From contig CATNEN010000038.1 of assembly GCA_950097015.1 (NCBI GenBank), forward strand, positions 20,522,001 through 20,586,000: DNA of 64,000 nucleotides, given 5' to 3'. This document shows positions 1 to 13,412 of the stretch, piece by piece; position 1 is the first letter of the stretch, and each line of letters begins with the position of its first letter. The notes beneath the pieces were generated by a model, which had not been told where the DNA came from, made no database searches, and saw only the letters and a list, made by a program, of their open reading frames with translations. Source of the stretch: Macrostomum hystrix. Taxonomy: Eukaryota > Animalia > Platyhelminthes. The position numbers and the translations under genes are program-made.

Positions 1-1135
1 ACACGGGAGAGATGAGACACAGGAGAGATGAGACACGGGAGAGATGAGACACAGGAGAGATGAGACACGGGAGAGATGAGACACGGGAGAGATGAGACAC
101 GGGAGAGATGAGACACAGGAGAGATAAGACACAGGAGAGATGAGACACAGGAGAGATAAGACACAGGAGAGATGAGACACAGGAGAGATAAGACACAAGA
201 GAGATGAAACACAGGAGAGATAAGACACAGGAGAGATGAGACACAGGAGAGATAAGACACAGGAGAGATGAGACACAGGAGAGATAAGACACAGGAGAGA
301 TGAGACGAGACATGGCAGAGATGAGACACGGGAGAGATGAGACACAGGAGAGATGAGACACGGGAGAGATGAGACACGGGAGAGATGAGACACAGGAGAG
401 ATAAGACACAGGAGAGATGAGACACAGGAGAGATGAGACGACACATGGCAGAGATGAGACACGGGAGAGATGAGACACAGGAGAGATAAGACACATGAGA
501 GATGAGACACAGGAGAGATGAGACGACACATGGCAGAGATGAGACACGGGAGAGATGAGACACAGGAGAGATGAGACACGGGAGAGATGAGACACAGGAG
601 AGATGAGACACGGGAGAGATGAGACACGGGAGAGATGAGACACGGGAGAGATGAGACACAGGAGAGATAAGACACAGGAGAGATGAGACACAGGAGAGAT
701 AAGACACAGGAGAGATGAGACACAGGAGAGATAAGACACAAGAGAGATGAAACACAGGAGAGATAAGACACAGGAGAGATGAGACACAGGAGAGATAAGA
801 CACAGGAGAGATGAGACACAGGAGAGATAAGACACAGGAGAGATGAGACACAGGAGAGATAAGACACAGGAGAGATGAGACGAGACATGGCAGAGATGAG
901 ACACGGGAGAGATGAGACACAGGAGAGATGAGACGCAGGAGAGATGAGACACAGGAGAGATGAGACACGGGAGAGATGAGACACGGGAGAGATGAGACAC
1001 GGGAGAGATGAGACACAGGAGAGATGAGACACGGGAGAGATAAGACACAGGATAGATAAGACACAGGAGAGATGAGACGAGACATGGCAGAGATGAGACA
1101 CGGGAGAGACGAGACCGAGGGGAGATGAGACAGGA
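1..1135. repeat. 16-bp minisatellite (ACAC[G/A]GGAGAGATGAG)n, truncated by window start
   Basis: 16-bp periodicity read directly. The reverse complement matches the internal repeat of the hAT-type MITE at 30883-31126. Confidence 0.95.
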
Positions 1136-1947
1136 TACTGTGGGAATTTTTTACTTTTTTTCTTTTAATTTTATCCTACAGCAGGGGAATTCTAATCTAT
1201 TTGCTGATCTGATCTCTATGCTTATACGAGTAGGCTAATATCAGCCTATAGGCATCCTATAGGCACCCTTGTAGGTATTCGGGTTAACCACATTTGCGTT
1301 AGTTATAAAGTATAAGACATTTATTAAGTAGTTTTTTCATTTTAGCTAGAAAGTAATTTGCACTTTATAGATATACCCACTGGCCTAGCAACCGTAGTCA
1401 ACTAAAAAACCCTCGCAGTATCAAGGTGAGTGCAAGGTGAGTCCAATCAATCTATTGTGCCATTTATTAGTTAGAGAATGCAGTGTGCGTGCAGCACTCA
1501 TGGCTGCACACATTAACGTCAGAGATGCACTGACACCCTCTCTCTCTTAATCTATATTGCCATTTGCAGATTAAGCTCCGCACTAAGAAGGTCATGAGCA
1601 TGAGAAAGCATGAGAAATCTAGTTTGAATGAACAGGAAAGTGATCGTGTGAGGCTGGCCAGAAAGTTCTCAACTGTGAAGCAGACTTTTTCTTCTAGAAG
1701 AAAATAACTGAAAGTGTTGTTGGGAAGGCTGCAAGACTCAAAAGGCCAATGGGAGTGGGATCTCAAGAAACTGCAGTCATGGTTGCTATGACAACAACAT
1801 TGCTGACAGCACAGTATGCTACTGCTCACGTGAAAGTTGTTTCAATTGATCATCAGAAAGAAAAGATTGCCCCAACACTGAATAGAACTGAATTTAAATT
1901 GCGCTTCTAAGTCTACAAAAGTGGGTCCATTCTCAAATAAGGGCCGA

Positions 1948-2345
1948 AATAGATTATCAATCCATTCTATTCCTACATCAATTGGATAGATTAGCAATCC
2001 ATTCTATTCCTACATCAATTGGATAGATTAGCAATCCATTCTATTCCTTCACTAATTGGATAGATTAGCAATCCATTCTATTCCTACATCAATTGGATAG
2101 ATTAGCAATCTATTCTATTCCTACATCAATTGGATAGATTAGCAATCCATTCTATTCCTACATCAATTGGATAGATTAGCAATCCATTATTTTCCTTCAT
2201 TAATTGGATAGATTAGCAATCCATTATTTTCCTTCATTAATTGGATAGATTAGCAATCCATTCTATTCCTTCATCCATTGGAGATAGGATATATTAGCAA
2301 TTCCTTCTTCCATTGGGATAGATTAGCAATCCATTGTATTGCTAA
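1948..2345. repeat. 37-bp minisatellite (GGATAGATTAGCAATCCATTCTATTCCTACATCAATT)n
   Basis: About 10 tandem copies; GGATAG recurs at 1984 and 2021. Confidence 0.9.
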
Positions 2346-2414
2346 TAGTCGATCTCAGATATTCAAAGCATAACCAAACGACAAATGAGCCAATGCTCAC
2401 TGCATGTAATTTTA

Positions 2415-5400
2415 CTAAAAGTTCAGCCCCAGCAGCTGCTCACTTCTGTCCCTGGCCGACACAGGCTGTGTCGCCGGCTCCGCCCATCGCCGGTCGTCCG
2501 ACTCGTACACGTAGCTAATCCGCAGAAGGCCGTCGCCGCTGGCTCGTCGTCGTCTAGATTGGCCTCGCCGTTGATTGTCGCCCTCGCCTCCGTCGGCTTT
2601 GCTCCGTCTAGCACGTCCGCGAGCCTCGCCGTCGCTATCCAGACTGCTGCCAGCGCCGTTCTCCTCGAAGTTCTCATCATCTTCGTCGTTGAAGCTGTCT
2701 CCGGCCTTCTCGTCCTGAGAGCTGCCCGACGAGTAGCGATTCCGATGCGGCTTCAGGATCTCCCGGTTCAGCGTTGTGGTGGACGATGACAGAGTGGCGT
2801 GCGATCTGCCTGCGTTCGAGGCGCCCGTTGTTGACGAAGAGTTCTGCGGCAGACGGCGCGGCTGCATCTGACGGCGTCGCGGCCGCTGCTGCGCCTGCTG
2901 CTGCTTTTGAAAATGGAATATAATTCAGGAAAGAACCACAGCTTGGGGGTAGATTGACTGGGGGTAGAATGATTGGGAGTAGAATGACTGGGGGGTAGAA
3001 TGACTGGGGGATAGAATGACTGGGGAAGAACGACTAGGGGGTAGAATGACTAGGGGGTAGAATGTCTGGGGTAGAAGGACTGGAAATGTGTGGAAAAGGC
3101 ACAGATAGAGGACCAGATTGATCTATGGCACGCAAACCTGTCTCGTTGGCGATGTTGCTGTCTGAAACTGCAGCGACCTGCTTCCCATCGCTCTGCCCGA
3201 CATCGGTTTTTTCTGGCGCTGCGCAGGAGACGGCGGTGACGATCTCGTCGGCGATTGGTCGGCGTTTCGGCCGGCAATGGCGGCTGCTTTGACGGGCGCA
3301 GGAGCGACCTTCTGCGGCTTCTGCTGCGGCTCATTGGTATGTCGGGAGTCCTTAGAGCTGCTCTTAGCCTCTCTGGACTGTCCAGTTTGCGGCTTCGTCC
3401 CGTCTGTCTTTGCCGACTTCCTGCCGACACCGCTGTCGCCAGTCGATCTTGGCGTCGCTGCGCTCATGTTCTGATTCTGACTATTCGCCGATTTTCCGTC
3501 AGATTTTGTCGGCTGAACTTGAGCAGGCTGCTCAATTGGCTTCTTTTCCGCGGCAGCAACTTCTGTCTGCTTGCGCTTCTTCTTGCCATCTGTCTTTGAA
3601 TCTCCATTCTTTTTCTTTGTTGAAGTCTTTGTTTGCATAGCTTCCTCTGTCGATTTCCTGGACTTTTGCTCCTGGCCAGCTACGGTCTTCTTTGCCTGCG
3701 GGCGTGACTCGCTGGAACCAGCAGTGCGCATCGAGCTCAAACTATGCCTCGGCACAATGTTCAGCTCGGATAGGTCGGTATCCGAGTCCTCAGCAGGCTC
3801 TGCTGGCTGCTCAGCAGGCTCTGCTGGCTGCTCAGCTGGATCTCTTGCTTGCTCAGCAGGCTCTGCTGGCTGCTCAGCTGGATCTCTTGCTTGCTCAGCA
3901 GGCTCTGCTGGCTGCTCAACTGGCTCTGCTGCTTGCTCAACTGGCTCTGCTGTTTGCTCAACTGGCTCTGCTGCTTGCTCAACTGGCTCTGCTGCTTGGT
4001 CAGCTGGCTCTGCTGCTTGCTCAGCTGGCTCTGTTGCTTGCTCAGCTAGCTCTACTGGCTGCTCAGCTGGCTCTGCTGGTTGCTCAGCTGGCTGGTCAGA
4101 TGACTCTGCTGGCTGCTCAGCTGGCTCTGCTGGTTGCTCAGCTGGTTCTGCTGGCTGCTCAGCTGGCTCTGCAGGTTGCTCAGCTGGCTCTGCTGGCTGC
4201 TCAGCTGGCTCTGCTGGTTGCTCAGCTGGCTGCTTAGCTAATTCTATTGGCTGCTCAGCTAATTCTGTTGGCTGCTCAGCTAATTCTGTTGGCTGCTCAG
4301 CTAATTCTGTTGGCTGCTCAGCTGGCTGCTCAGCTGGCTCAGCTGGCTCAGCTGGCTTTGTGGACTGCTGAGGTGATTCATTAGGCTGCTCAGCCGGTTC
4401 AGTAGTAGCATCATCATCGCGTGCAAAGTCTTGATTGACATCAGTTATCAGTTCGTTTGTTCCAGTATCCTGAGACTGAGGTTCAGTCTCCTTAATAGGT
4501 CTCTCAGTTACCCCACCTTCCTCACTCGAGTTCCCCCGTGCCTCACCTTCTTCACCTGAATGGCCAGCAAAATCAGCTTCTTCGGAGGGAGGTTCATTAG
4601 CCTGAGCTTCAGGCTCTTCAGCCGTGGGTTCAGGCATAGGTTCAGCCTCTTCAGCTGTAGGTTGAGTCTCTTCAGCCGCAGGTTCAGCATCTCCAGCCGC
4701 AGGTTCAGCATCTCCAGCTGCATGTTCAGCATCTCCAGCCGCACGTTCAGCTTCTTCAACCGCAGGTTCGGCCTCTTCAGTGGGAGGTTCAGGCTCTTCA
4801 GTTGGAGTTTTGACTTCCTCAACCGTATGTTCAGCCTCTTCAGCCGTTGCTTCAGCCTCTTTAGCTGTAGGTTCAGCCTCTTCAGCCTCTTCAGCTGTAG
4901 GTTCAGCCTCTTCAGCCTCTTCAGCTGTAGGTTCAGCCTCTTCAGCCTCTTCAGCTGTAGGTTCAGGCTCTTGAGCTGTTGGTTCAGCCTCTTCAGATGT
5001 AGGTTCAGGCTCTTCAGCCTCAAGTTCAGGCTCTTCAGCTGTAGGTTCAGGCTCTTTAGCCGTTGTTTCAGGCTCTTCAGCTGTAGGTTCAGGCTCTTGA
5101 GCTGTTGGTTCAGCCTCTTCAGATGTAGGTTCAGGCTCTTCAGCCTCAAGTTCAGGCTCTTCAGCCGTAGGTTCAGGCTCTTTAGCCGTTGTTTCAGGCT
5201 CTTCAGCCGTAGGTTCAGGCTCTTCAGCCGTTGGTTCAGGCTCTTCAGCTGTAGGTTTAGCCTCTTCAGCCGTGGGTTCAGCCTCTTCAGCCGTTTGTTC
5301 AGGCTCTTCTGTTGTGGGTTCAGCCTCTTCAGCCGTAGGTTCAACCTCTTCAGCCGTAGGTTCAGCCTCTTCAGCTGTAGGTTCAGCCTCTTCAGCTGTA

Positions 5401-6623
5401 TGTTCAGGCTCTTCAGCCGTAGGTTCAGGCTTTTCAGATGTAGGTTCAGCCTCTTCAGCCGGAGTTTCAGGCTCTTCAGCTGTAGGTTCAGGCTCTTGAG
5501 CTGTTGGTTCAGCCTCTTCAGATGTAGGTTCAGGCTCTTCAGCCTCAAGTTCAGCCTCTTCAGCTGTAGGTTCAGCCTCTATAGCTGTAGGTTCAGGCTC
5601 TTCAGCCGTTGGTTCAGGCTTTTCAGCCGTTGTTTCAGGTTCAGGCTCTTGAGCTGTTGGTTCAGCCTCTTCAGATGTAGGTTCAGGCTCTTCAGCCTCA
5701 AGTTCAGCCTCTTCAGCTGTAGGTTCAGCCTCTATAGCTGTAGGTTCAGGCTCTTCAGCCGTTGGTTCAGGCTTTTCAGATGTAGGTTCAGCCTCTTCAG
5801 CCGGAGTTTCAGGCTCTTCAGCCGTTGGTTCAGGCTTTTCAGATGTAGGTTCAGCCTCTTCTGCCGGAGTTTCAGGCTCTTCAGCTGTAGGTTCAGGCTT
5901 TTCAGACGTAGGTTCAGGCTCTTCAGCCTCAAGTTCAGGCTCTTCAGCCTCAAGTTCAGGCTCTTCAGCCTCAAGTTCAGGCTCTTCAGCTGTAGGTTCA
6001 ACCTCTTCAGCTGTAGGTTCAGGCTCTTCAGCCTCAAGTTCAGGCTCTTCAGCCGTTGTTTCAGGCTCTTCAGCCGTAGGTTCAGGCTCTTCAGCCGTTG
6101 TTTCAGGCTCTTCAGCCGTAGGTTCAGGCTCTTCAGCCGTTGGTTCAGCCTCTTCAGCTGTAGGTTGAGCCTCTTCAGCCGTAGGTTCAGCCTCTTCAGC
6201 TGTAGGCTCAGCCTCTTCAGCCGTAGGTTCAGCCTCTTCAGCCGTAGGTTCAGGCTTTTCAGATGTAGGTTCAGGCATTTCAGTCGGAGTTTCAGGCTCT
6301 TCAGCTGTAGGTTTAGGCTTTTCAGATGTAGGTTCAGGCTCTTTAGCCGGATTTTCAGGCTCTTCAGCCGTAGGTTCAGCCTCTTCCGCTGTATGTTCAG
6401 GCTCTTCAGCCGTTGGTTCAGGCTCTTCAGCTGTAGGTTCAGCTTCTTCAGTCGTAAGTTCTTCAGTCTTGGGTTCAGGTTCTACTGGAGTAGCTTGATC
6501 CCCTTTTTCGACAGGCATTGCGCTTGACTGCACTTGATTATCGGCAGTCTTAGAAGCTGTCGCTTCAGGGGTGATATCCAGCTCATTGATGGCCGACATA
6601 CCGAGATCGCGATTATCTGGCAT
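2415..6623 (-). CDS. Large acidic Glu/Pro/Ala-rich heptad-repeat protein of unknown family (~1320 aa); exons 6623-3138 and ~2903-2415
   Basis: The 1166-aa ORF has non-repetitive N- and C-terminal parts. Donor CAG|GTTTGC at 3137-3136 (phase 0) joins in frame to an acceptor near 2904 that continues into the 2867-2415 ORF. Repeats are EPTAEE[A/P] and EQPAEPA. A possible upstream exon has donor AG|GTGAGT near 6808. No recognisable domain. Confidence 0.7.
2945..3085. repeat. Short G-rich ~15-bp array (GACTGGGGGTAGAAT)n in the intron of the repeat-protein gene
   Basis: About 9 degenerate copies between the splice sites at 3137 and 2904. Confidence 0.8.
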
Positions 6624-7454
6624 TTTTATCGTGATAAATGCGAGTTCAATTATTAAAATGAAGATTTATATATATTTGTTTATCAATCAGAATTCTCTAA
6701 ATTTAGATCTGAATTTCGCATTTTTCTACGCTTATCGGGTAAAGTTTTGTTTAAGTTATGTACTTTTCTCCATCACACTAGTGTTCAAATGTTAATTTAA
6801 AAACTCACCTTCTAGCGGTTGACATCGGAACAAAGTCGAAAACTGCTCAATCTAAGGCGGGACTCAGTGGATTGTGTTAGAATCTAAGAATTTATATGGA
6901 CATGGCAGTGCGTGTGTGCAATCATAAATCAGGTGATCTGGTTCTAGCCAATGGACACGTGGGCACACAAAATCTATTAGCCGATTGGGTCGTCTCTTAA
7001 CTGCGTCTAGGAGATTGTCTGAAGGGCGGTGGGTGTCGGCGGGCGCGATTTTGTGTTGTCATTGGCAACACGACGCAGGCAAGACACGAAGAAGTGCCCC
7101 TGCTGTGTTAGCAATCCATTTTCAAGGGATAAAAAGTATAAGGAAGAGAAGAGAGGGGAGAGGTGGTGGGTGGGGAGAGATTGTGGGAGAAACACGGCAT
7201 GCTATAGTTAGTTGGGTTCTTTTAGAACGGATGAGATGGGATTTTTTACACAGAGGGGTTGGTAGAGGATTAAAGCTACCATTGTGCCCAAGATCATAGG
7301 CATCAGAGCGCGGATAAAGTTTTTCTAGCGTTAGTAGAAATATATTTATTATGCGCTCTGAAATGCTTGTAAATTGCCGTATGAAAAATATTCCCTAGCC
7401 GGCATTGGGAAGTGAAACTAAAAGTCAAGCTGAATGTTGTCTGGTTGGCGTCCA

Positions 7455-9110
7455 TAAGCTAATCCATAATCTAGCAAGCTAATCTATAAGCTAGCAAGCT
7501 AATCTATAAGCTAAAGCATGCTAATCTATAAGCTAGCAAGCTAATCTATAAGCTATAGCAAGCTAATCTATAAGCTAGCAAGCTAATCTATAAGCTTCAG
7601 CAAGCCAATCTATAAGCTTCAGCAAGCTAATCTATACGCTAGCAAGCTAATCTAAAAGTTCGCAAGCTAATCTATACGCTAGCAAGCTAATCTATAAGCT
7701 ATAGCAAGCTAATCTATAAGCTATAGCAAGCCAATCTATAAGCTATATCAAGCTAATCTATACGCTAGCAAGCTAATCTAAAAGTTAGCAAGCTAATCTA
7801 TAAGCTATAGCAAGCTAATCTATAAGCTAGAAAGCTAATCTATAAGCTATAGCAAGCTAATCTATAAGCTAGAAAGCTAATCTATAAGCTATAGCAAGCT
7901 AATCTATAAGCTATAGCAAGCTAATCTATACGCTAGCAAGCTAATCTATAAGCTTCAGCAAGCCAATCTATAAGCTTCAGCAAGCTAATCTATACGCTAG
8001 CAAGCTAATCTAAAAGTTAGCAAGCTAATCAATAAGCTATAGCAAGCTAATCTATAAGCTAGAAAGCTAGTCTATAAGCTAGCAAGCTAATCTATAAGCT
8101 TCAGCAAGCTAATCTATAAGCTAGCAAGCTAATCTATAAGCTTCAGCAAGCTAATCTATAAGCTAGCAAGCTAATCTATAAGCTTCAGCAAGCTAATCTA
8201 TAATCTTCAGCAAGCTAATCTATAAGCTAGCAAGCTAATCTATAAGCTAGCAAGCTAATCTATAAGCTTCAGCAAGCTAATCTATAAGCTTCAGCAAGCT
8301 AATCTATAAGCTAGCAAGCTAATCTATAAGCTTCAGCAAGCTAATCTATAATCTTCAGCAAGCTAATCTATAAGCTAGCAAGCTAATCTATAAGCTTCAG
8401 CAAGCTAATCTATAAGCTTCAGCAAGCTAATCTATAAGCTAGCAAGCTAATCTAAAAGTTAGCAAGCTAATCTATAAGCTATAGCAAGCTAATCTATAAG
8501 CTAGAAAGCTAGTCTATAAGCTAGCAAGCTAATCTATAAGCTTCAGCAAGCTAATCTATAAGGTAGCAAGCTAATCTATAAGCTTAAGCAAGCTAATCTA
8601 TAAGCTAGCCAGCTAATCTATAAGCTATAGCAAGCTAATCTATAAGCTAGAAAGCTAGTCTATAAGCTAGCAAGCTAATCTATAAGCTTCAGCAAGCTAA
8701 TCTATAAGCTTCAGCAAGCTAATCTATAAGCTTCAGCAAGCTAATCTATAAGCTTCAGCAAGCTAATCTATAAGCTTCAGCAAGCTAATCTATAAGCTAG
8801 CAAGCTAATCTATAAGCTTCAGCAAGCTAATCTATAAGCTAGCAAGCTAATCTATAAGCTTCAGCAAGCTAATCTATAATCTTCAGCAAGCTAATCTATA
8901 ATCTTCAGCAAGCTAATCTATAAGCTAGCAAGCTAATCTATAAGCTTCAGCAAGCTAATCTATAATCTTCAGCAAGCTAATCTATAAGCTAGCAAGCTAA
9001 TCTATAAGCTTCAGCAAGCTAATCTATAATCTTCAGCAAGCTAATCTATAAGCTAGCCAGCTAATCTATAAGCTAGCCAGCTAATCTATAAGCTAGCCAG
9101 CTAATCTATA
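7455..9110. repeat. 20/22-bp minisatellite (AGCAAGCTAATCTATAAGCT[TC/AT])n
   Basis: Direct periodicity with interspersed 20- and 22-bp variants. Confidence 0.95.
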
Positions 9111-9704
9111 CGCTCTGCCTTTAGGACAGCGACCCATATAGCCTGCAATACATGTGAGAATTTTGTAATTTTCGCAATCGCAAATATTTTTTGCAACAAA
9201 TATTTGCAGAAAAGTCGTAAAGTTGTGTCCGTCAAAAATTAAAGCAAGAATTATAAATGAAGTTATAAAACAGAATACTTGAATGAAAGCCATGAATGTA
9301 TTACATACAATTCCTTATAATAATAATGACACTCAATGACTGTCCAATTCTATATAATAGCTAACAACAAGCACTTTGTCCGTCTAACATGATTTATTTG
9401 CAAAGAAATTTGATAATCTTACTTCACAGTCATAAAGGTCTGACGCAAATTGATTTTTTTTGTAGGCAGCAACCTTGGTGGGCGCGGTATTACTGACATC
9501 GTATATATAGTACTAATCCTCATTTACAATTCCACCTACAGACTAATTCATACCTGACTGCCCAAATGATTTTGCTTTCAGATGATTTTAGAAGAGAATA
9601 CCATACCAATAATAAGACAATAGCTACTGGAAATGAGCAAATCAATGAGCAGAAAACTAGTTTAGGAGAAACTCATAGACAATAATAAAGTTAGTTATAG
9701 GATG

Positions 9705-10857
9705 TTGTCAGCTTGTTGTGGAAGAGTTGGGGTGTCAGCTTGTTATGGAAGAGTTGGGGTGTCAGCTTGTTGAAGAGTGGGTTGTCAGCTTGTTGAAGAG
9801 TGGGTTGTCAGCTTGTTGTGGAAGAGTGGGTTGTCAGCTTGTTGTGGAAGAGTTGGGGTGTCAGCTTGTTGTGGAAGAGTTGGGGTGTCAGCTTGTTGTG
9901 GAAGAGTTGGGGTGTCAGCTTGTTGTGGAAGAGTTGGGGTGTCAGCTTGTTGTGGAAGAGTTGGGGTGTCAGCTTGTTATGGAAGAGTTGGGGTGTCAGC
10001 TTGTTATGGAAGAGTTGGGGTGTCAGCTTGTTGTGGAAGAGTTGGGGTGTCAGCTTGTTGTGGAAGAGTTGGGGTGTCAGCTTGTTGTGGAAGAGTTGGG
10101 GTGTCAGCTTGTTGTGGAAGAGTTGGGGTGTCAGCTTGTTGTGGAAGAGTTGGGGTGTCAGCTTGTTGTGGAAGAGTTGGGGTGTCAGCTTGTTGTGGAA
10201 GAGTTGGGGTGTCAGCTTGTTGTGGAAGAGTTGGGGTGTCAGCTTGTTGTGGAAGAGTTGGGGTGTCAGCTTGTTGTGGAAGAGTTGGGGTGTCAGCTTG
10301 TTGTGGAAGAGTTGGGGTGTCAGCTTGTTGTGGAAGAGTTGGGGTGTCAGCTTGTTGTGGAAGAGTTGGGGTGTCAGCTTGTTGTGGAAGAGTTGGGGTG
10401 TCAGCTTGTTGTGGAAGAGTTGGGGTGTCAGCTTGTTGTGGAAGAGTTGGGGTGTCAGCTTGTTGTGGAAGAGTTGGGGTGTCAGCTTGTTGTGGAAGAG
10501 TTGGGGTGTCAGCTTGTTGTGGAAGAGTTGGGGTGTCAGCTTGTTGTGGAAGAGTTGGGGTGTCAGCTTGTTGTGGAAGAGTTGGGGTGTCAGCTTGTTA
10601 TGGAAGAGTTGGGGTGTCAGCTTGTTATGGAAGAGTTGGGGTGTCAGCTTGTTGTAGAGTTGGGATGTCAGCTTGTTATGGAAGAGTTGGGGTGTCAGCT
10701 TATTATGGAAGAGTTGGGGTGTCAGCTTGTTGTGGAAGAGTTGGGGTGTCAGCTTGTTGAAGAGTTGGGGTGTCAGCTTGTTGTGGAAGAGTTGGGGTGT
10801 CAGCTTGTTGTGGAAGAGTTGGGGTGTCAGCTTGTTATGGAAGAGTTAGGGTGTCAG
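9705..10857. repeat. 27-bp minisatellite (GTCAGCTTGTTGTGGAAGAGTTGGGGT)n
   Basis: Near-perfect copies; all three + frames are open, consistent with a non-coding repeat. Confidence 0.95.
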
Positions 10858-11244
10858 ACCTACATGTTTTCGAGTTTAACAGCTTGCAAGCAGGTTCGCA
10901 TTTTGTTCTATAGAGTCTTTCTGTATGCAAATTTTAGCCTAACAGTCTGTGTTTAACTATGATAAAAGTGCCAATGAGAGAACACATGCTGAATACATAC
11001 TACGTTCAATTTCTGATAAAGCGATTACAGTCGCAGTCGGTTATGACTGGATTTGCTAAACTAAGCAGAGAAAAATGCCTACAGTATTAATGCTAATTTA
11101 TTTGAATTTATAATTAGACACAAGAGCTTACTGCTGAAAATCATAGATTCATATCAGTCTTAAACTAACCATAAGAATCGCCAAGGAACATAGTGACAGT
11201 CCTTAGCAATGACCAACACTGGCAGAGTGTCAGTTCTTAGCAGT

Positions 11245-12184
11245 GATAGACACTAGCAGAGTGACAGACACTAGCACAGTGACAGACACTAGCAGAGTGA
11301 CAGAAACTAGCAGAGTGACAGACACTAGCACAGTGACAGACAATAACAGAGTGACAGAAACTAGCAGAGTGACAGACACTATTAGAGTGACAGACACTAG
11401 CAGAGTGACAGACACTAGCAGAGTGACAGACACTAACAGGGTGACAGACACTAACAGGGTGACAGACACTAACAGGGTGACAGACACTAGCAGAGTGACA
11501 AACACTAGCAGAGTGACAGAAAAAAGCAGAGTGACAGAACCTATTAGAGTGACAGACACTAGCAGAGTGACAGACACTAGCAGAGTGACAGAAACTAGCA
11601 GAGTGACAGACACTAGCAGAGTGACAGAAACTAGCAGAGTGACAGACACTAGCAGAGTGACAGACACTAGCAGAGTGACAGACACTAGCAGAGTGACAGA
11701 CACTAACAGAGTGACAGAAACTAACAGGGTGACAGACACTAACAGGGTGACAGACACTAACAGGGTGACAGACACTAACAGGGTGACAGACACTAACAGG
11801 GTGACAGACACTAACAGGGTGACAGACACTAGCAGAGTGACAAACACTAGCAGAGTGACAGAAAAAAGCAGAGTGACAGAAAAAAGCAGAGTGACAGAAC
11901 CTATTAGAGTGACAGACACTAGCAGAGTGACAGACACTATTAGAGTGACAGACACTAGCAGAGTGACAGACACTAGCAGAGTGACAGAAACTAGCAGAGT
12001 GACAGACACTAGCAGAGTGACAGACACTAACAGGGTGACAGACACTAGCAGAGTGACAGACACTAGCAGAGTGACAGACACTAGCAGAGTGACAGACACT
12101 AGCAGAGTGACAGACACTAGCAGAGTGACAGACACTAGCAGAGTGACAGACACTAGCAGAGTGACAGAAACTAGCAGAGTGACA
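11245..12184. repeat. 18-bp minisatellite (GTGACAGACACTAGCAGA)n
   Basis: Direct periodicity. Confidence 0.95.
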
Positions 12185-12699
12185 ATCAACCCAAAGAAAA
12201 CAAAGGCAGAAAATGGAAAGAAAAGCATTTTGAATAGTAAGGAATAGTAATGTTTTATTATGCTTGAATTTCTATTTTAATTGATAACAACTTAAATGGA
12301 GTAGAATTACTTGAGTACAAAAGTCTGATTTATTCATCGTAAGCAGAAAAGGAAGTGCGAAAGAGGTCAACAATTAGCTATGAACAGATATACATTCTAA
12401 TGCTGTCTTACCAAACAGTCCAAATAAAATATTAAAATCTCAATGATTAATCACATGAAGTTATTAGTTACTAATGAAGAATATTATTTATAGCACCGAT
12501 ACCTTACTTATAATTAACGCAATCACAGCCAAAAGTCAAAACAGAGAAACAGCAATCGAGAAAACTACGTTGATTTTATTAGTGAGGCCTTTATTGTCGA
12601 CAGGAACTAATTTTAGAAATCTGGCTGCAATCAATCAGAATCTCAGCAATTGGGTAGGCTTTGCGCGTGGGTTTAGTGCAGTTTCAAAACGCCACTACA

Positions 12700-13235
12700 T
12701 AAAAATCCGCTCTCAAATCCGCCCCAACATGCGAATCCGCTCTCAAATCCGCCCCAACATGCGAATCCGCTCTCAAATCCGCCCCTACAATAAAATCCGC
12801 TCTCAAATCCGCCTCAACATGTAAATCCGCTTTCAAATCCGCCCCAACACGTAAATCCGCTCTTAAATCCGCGCCTACATAAAACATAAGCTCTCAAATC
12901 CGCCCCCCTACATATAAATCCGCTCTCACCGCTCTCAAATCCGCCCCTACAATAAAAAACCGCTCTCAAATCCGCCCCTACTAAAAATCTGTAGTTAAAT
13001 CTGCTCCTACATATAAATCTGCTCTGAGATGTACACCTAGATATAAATCCGCTCTCAAATCCGCCCCCCCTACATATAAATCCGCTCTCACCGCTCTCAA
13101 ATCCGCCCCTACTAAAAATCTGTAGTTAAATCTGCTCCTACATATAAATCTGCTCTGAGATGTACACCTAGATATAAATCCGCTCTCAAATCCGCCCCCC
13201 CTACATATAAATCCGCTCTCAAATCCGCCCCCTAA
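12700..13235. repeat. ~30-bp degenerate array (AAATCCGCTCTCAAATCCGCCCCTACATAT)n
   Basis: Repeated AAATCCGC half-units downstream of the VPS35L stop codon. Confidence 0.85.
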
Positions 13236-13412
13236 ATGAAAATCTGCACCTGGTGAATAACTAATTTCTGAATCCATCCCCTGAAAATTAATTAAAGATT
13301 CGTAAATCAAGTCTCAAATTCTGAAATTCACATAAAAACTCCATAAGCATATTCGATAATAAAATACAAAAAATTCACAGTCCAATCGGCTCCTTGTCCT
13401 CGGCCCGCAGCT

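Noticed and set aside
1467-1829. 120-aa Cys-rich minus-strand ORF
   Set aside because: No recognisable homology, non-ATG start, and no clear splice link to the upstream gene.
3571-6527. Antisense and alternative-frame ORFs over the acidic repeat gene (655 aa, 346 aa, 266 aa)
   Set aside because: Shadows of the 21-bp coding repeat; only the E/P/A frame extends into unique sequence at both ends.
9718-12247. Long ORFs (EELGCQLVV)n, (RVTDTS)n and (LLVSVT)n
   Set aside because: They arise from 27- and 18-bp tandem repeats that lack stops in several frames. There are no unique flanking coding exons or convincing splice context.
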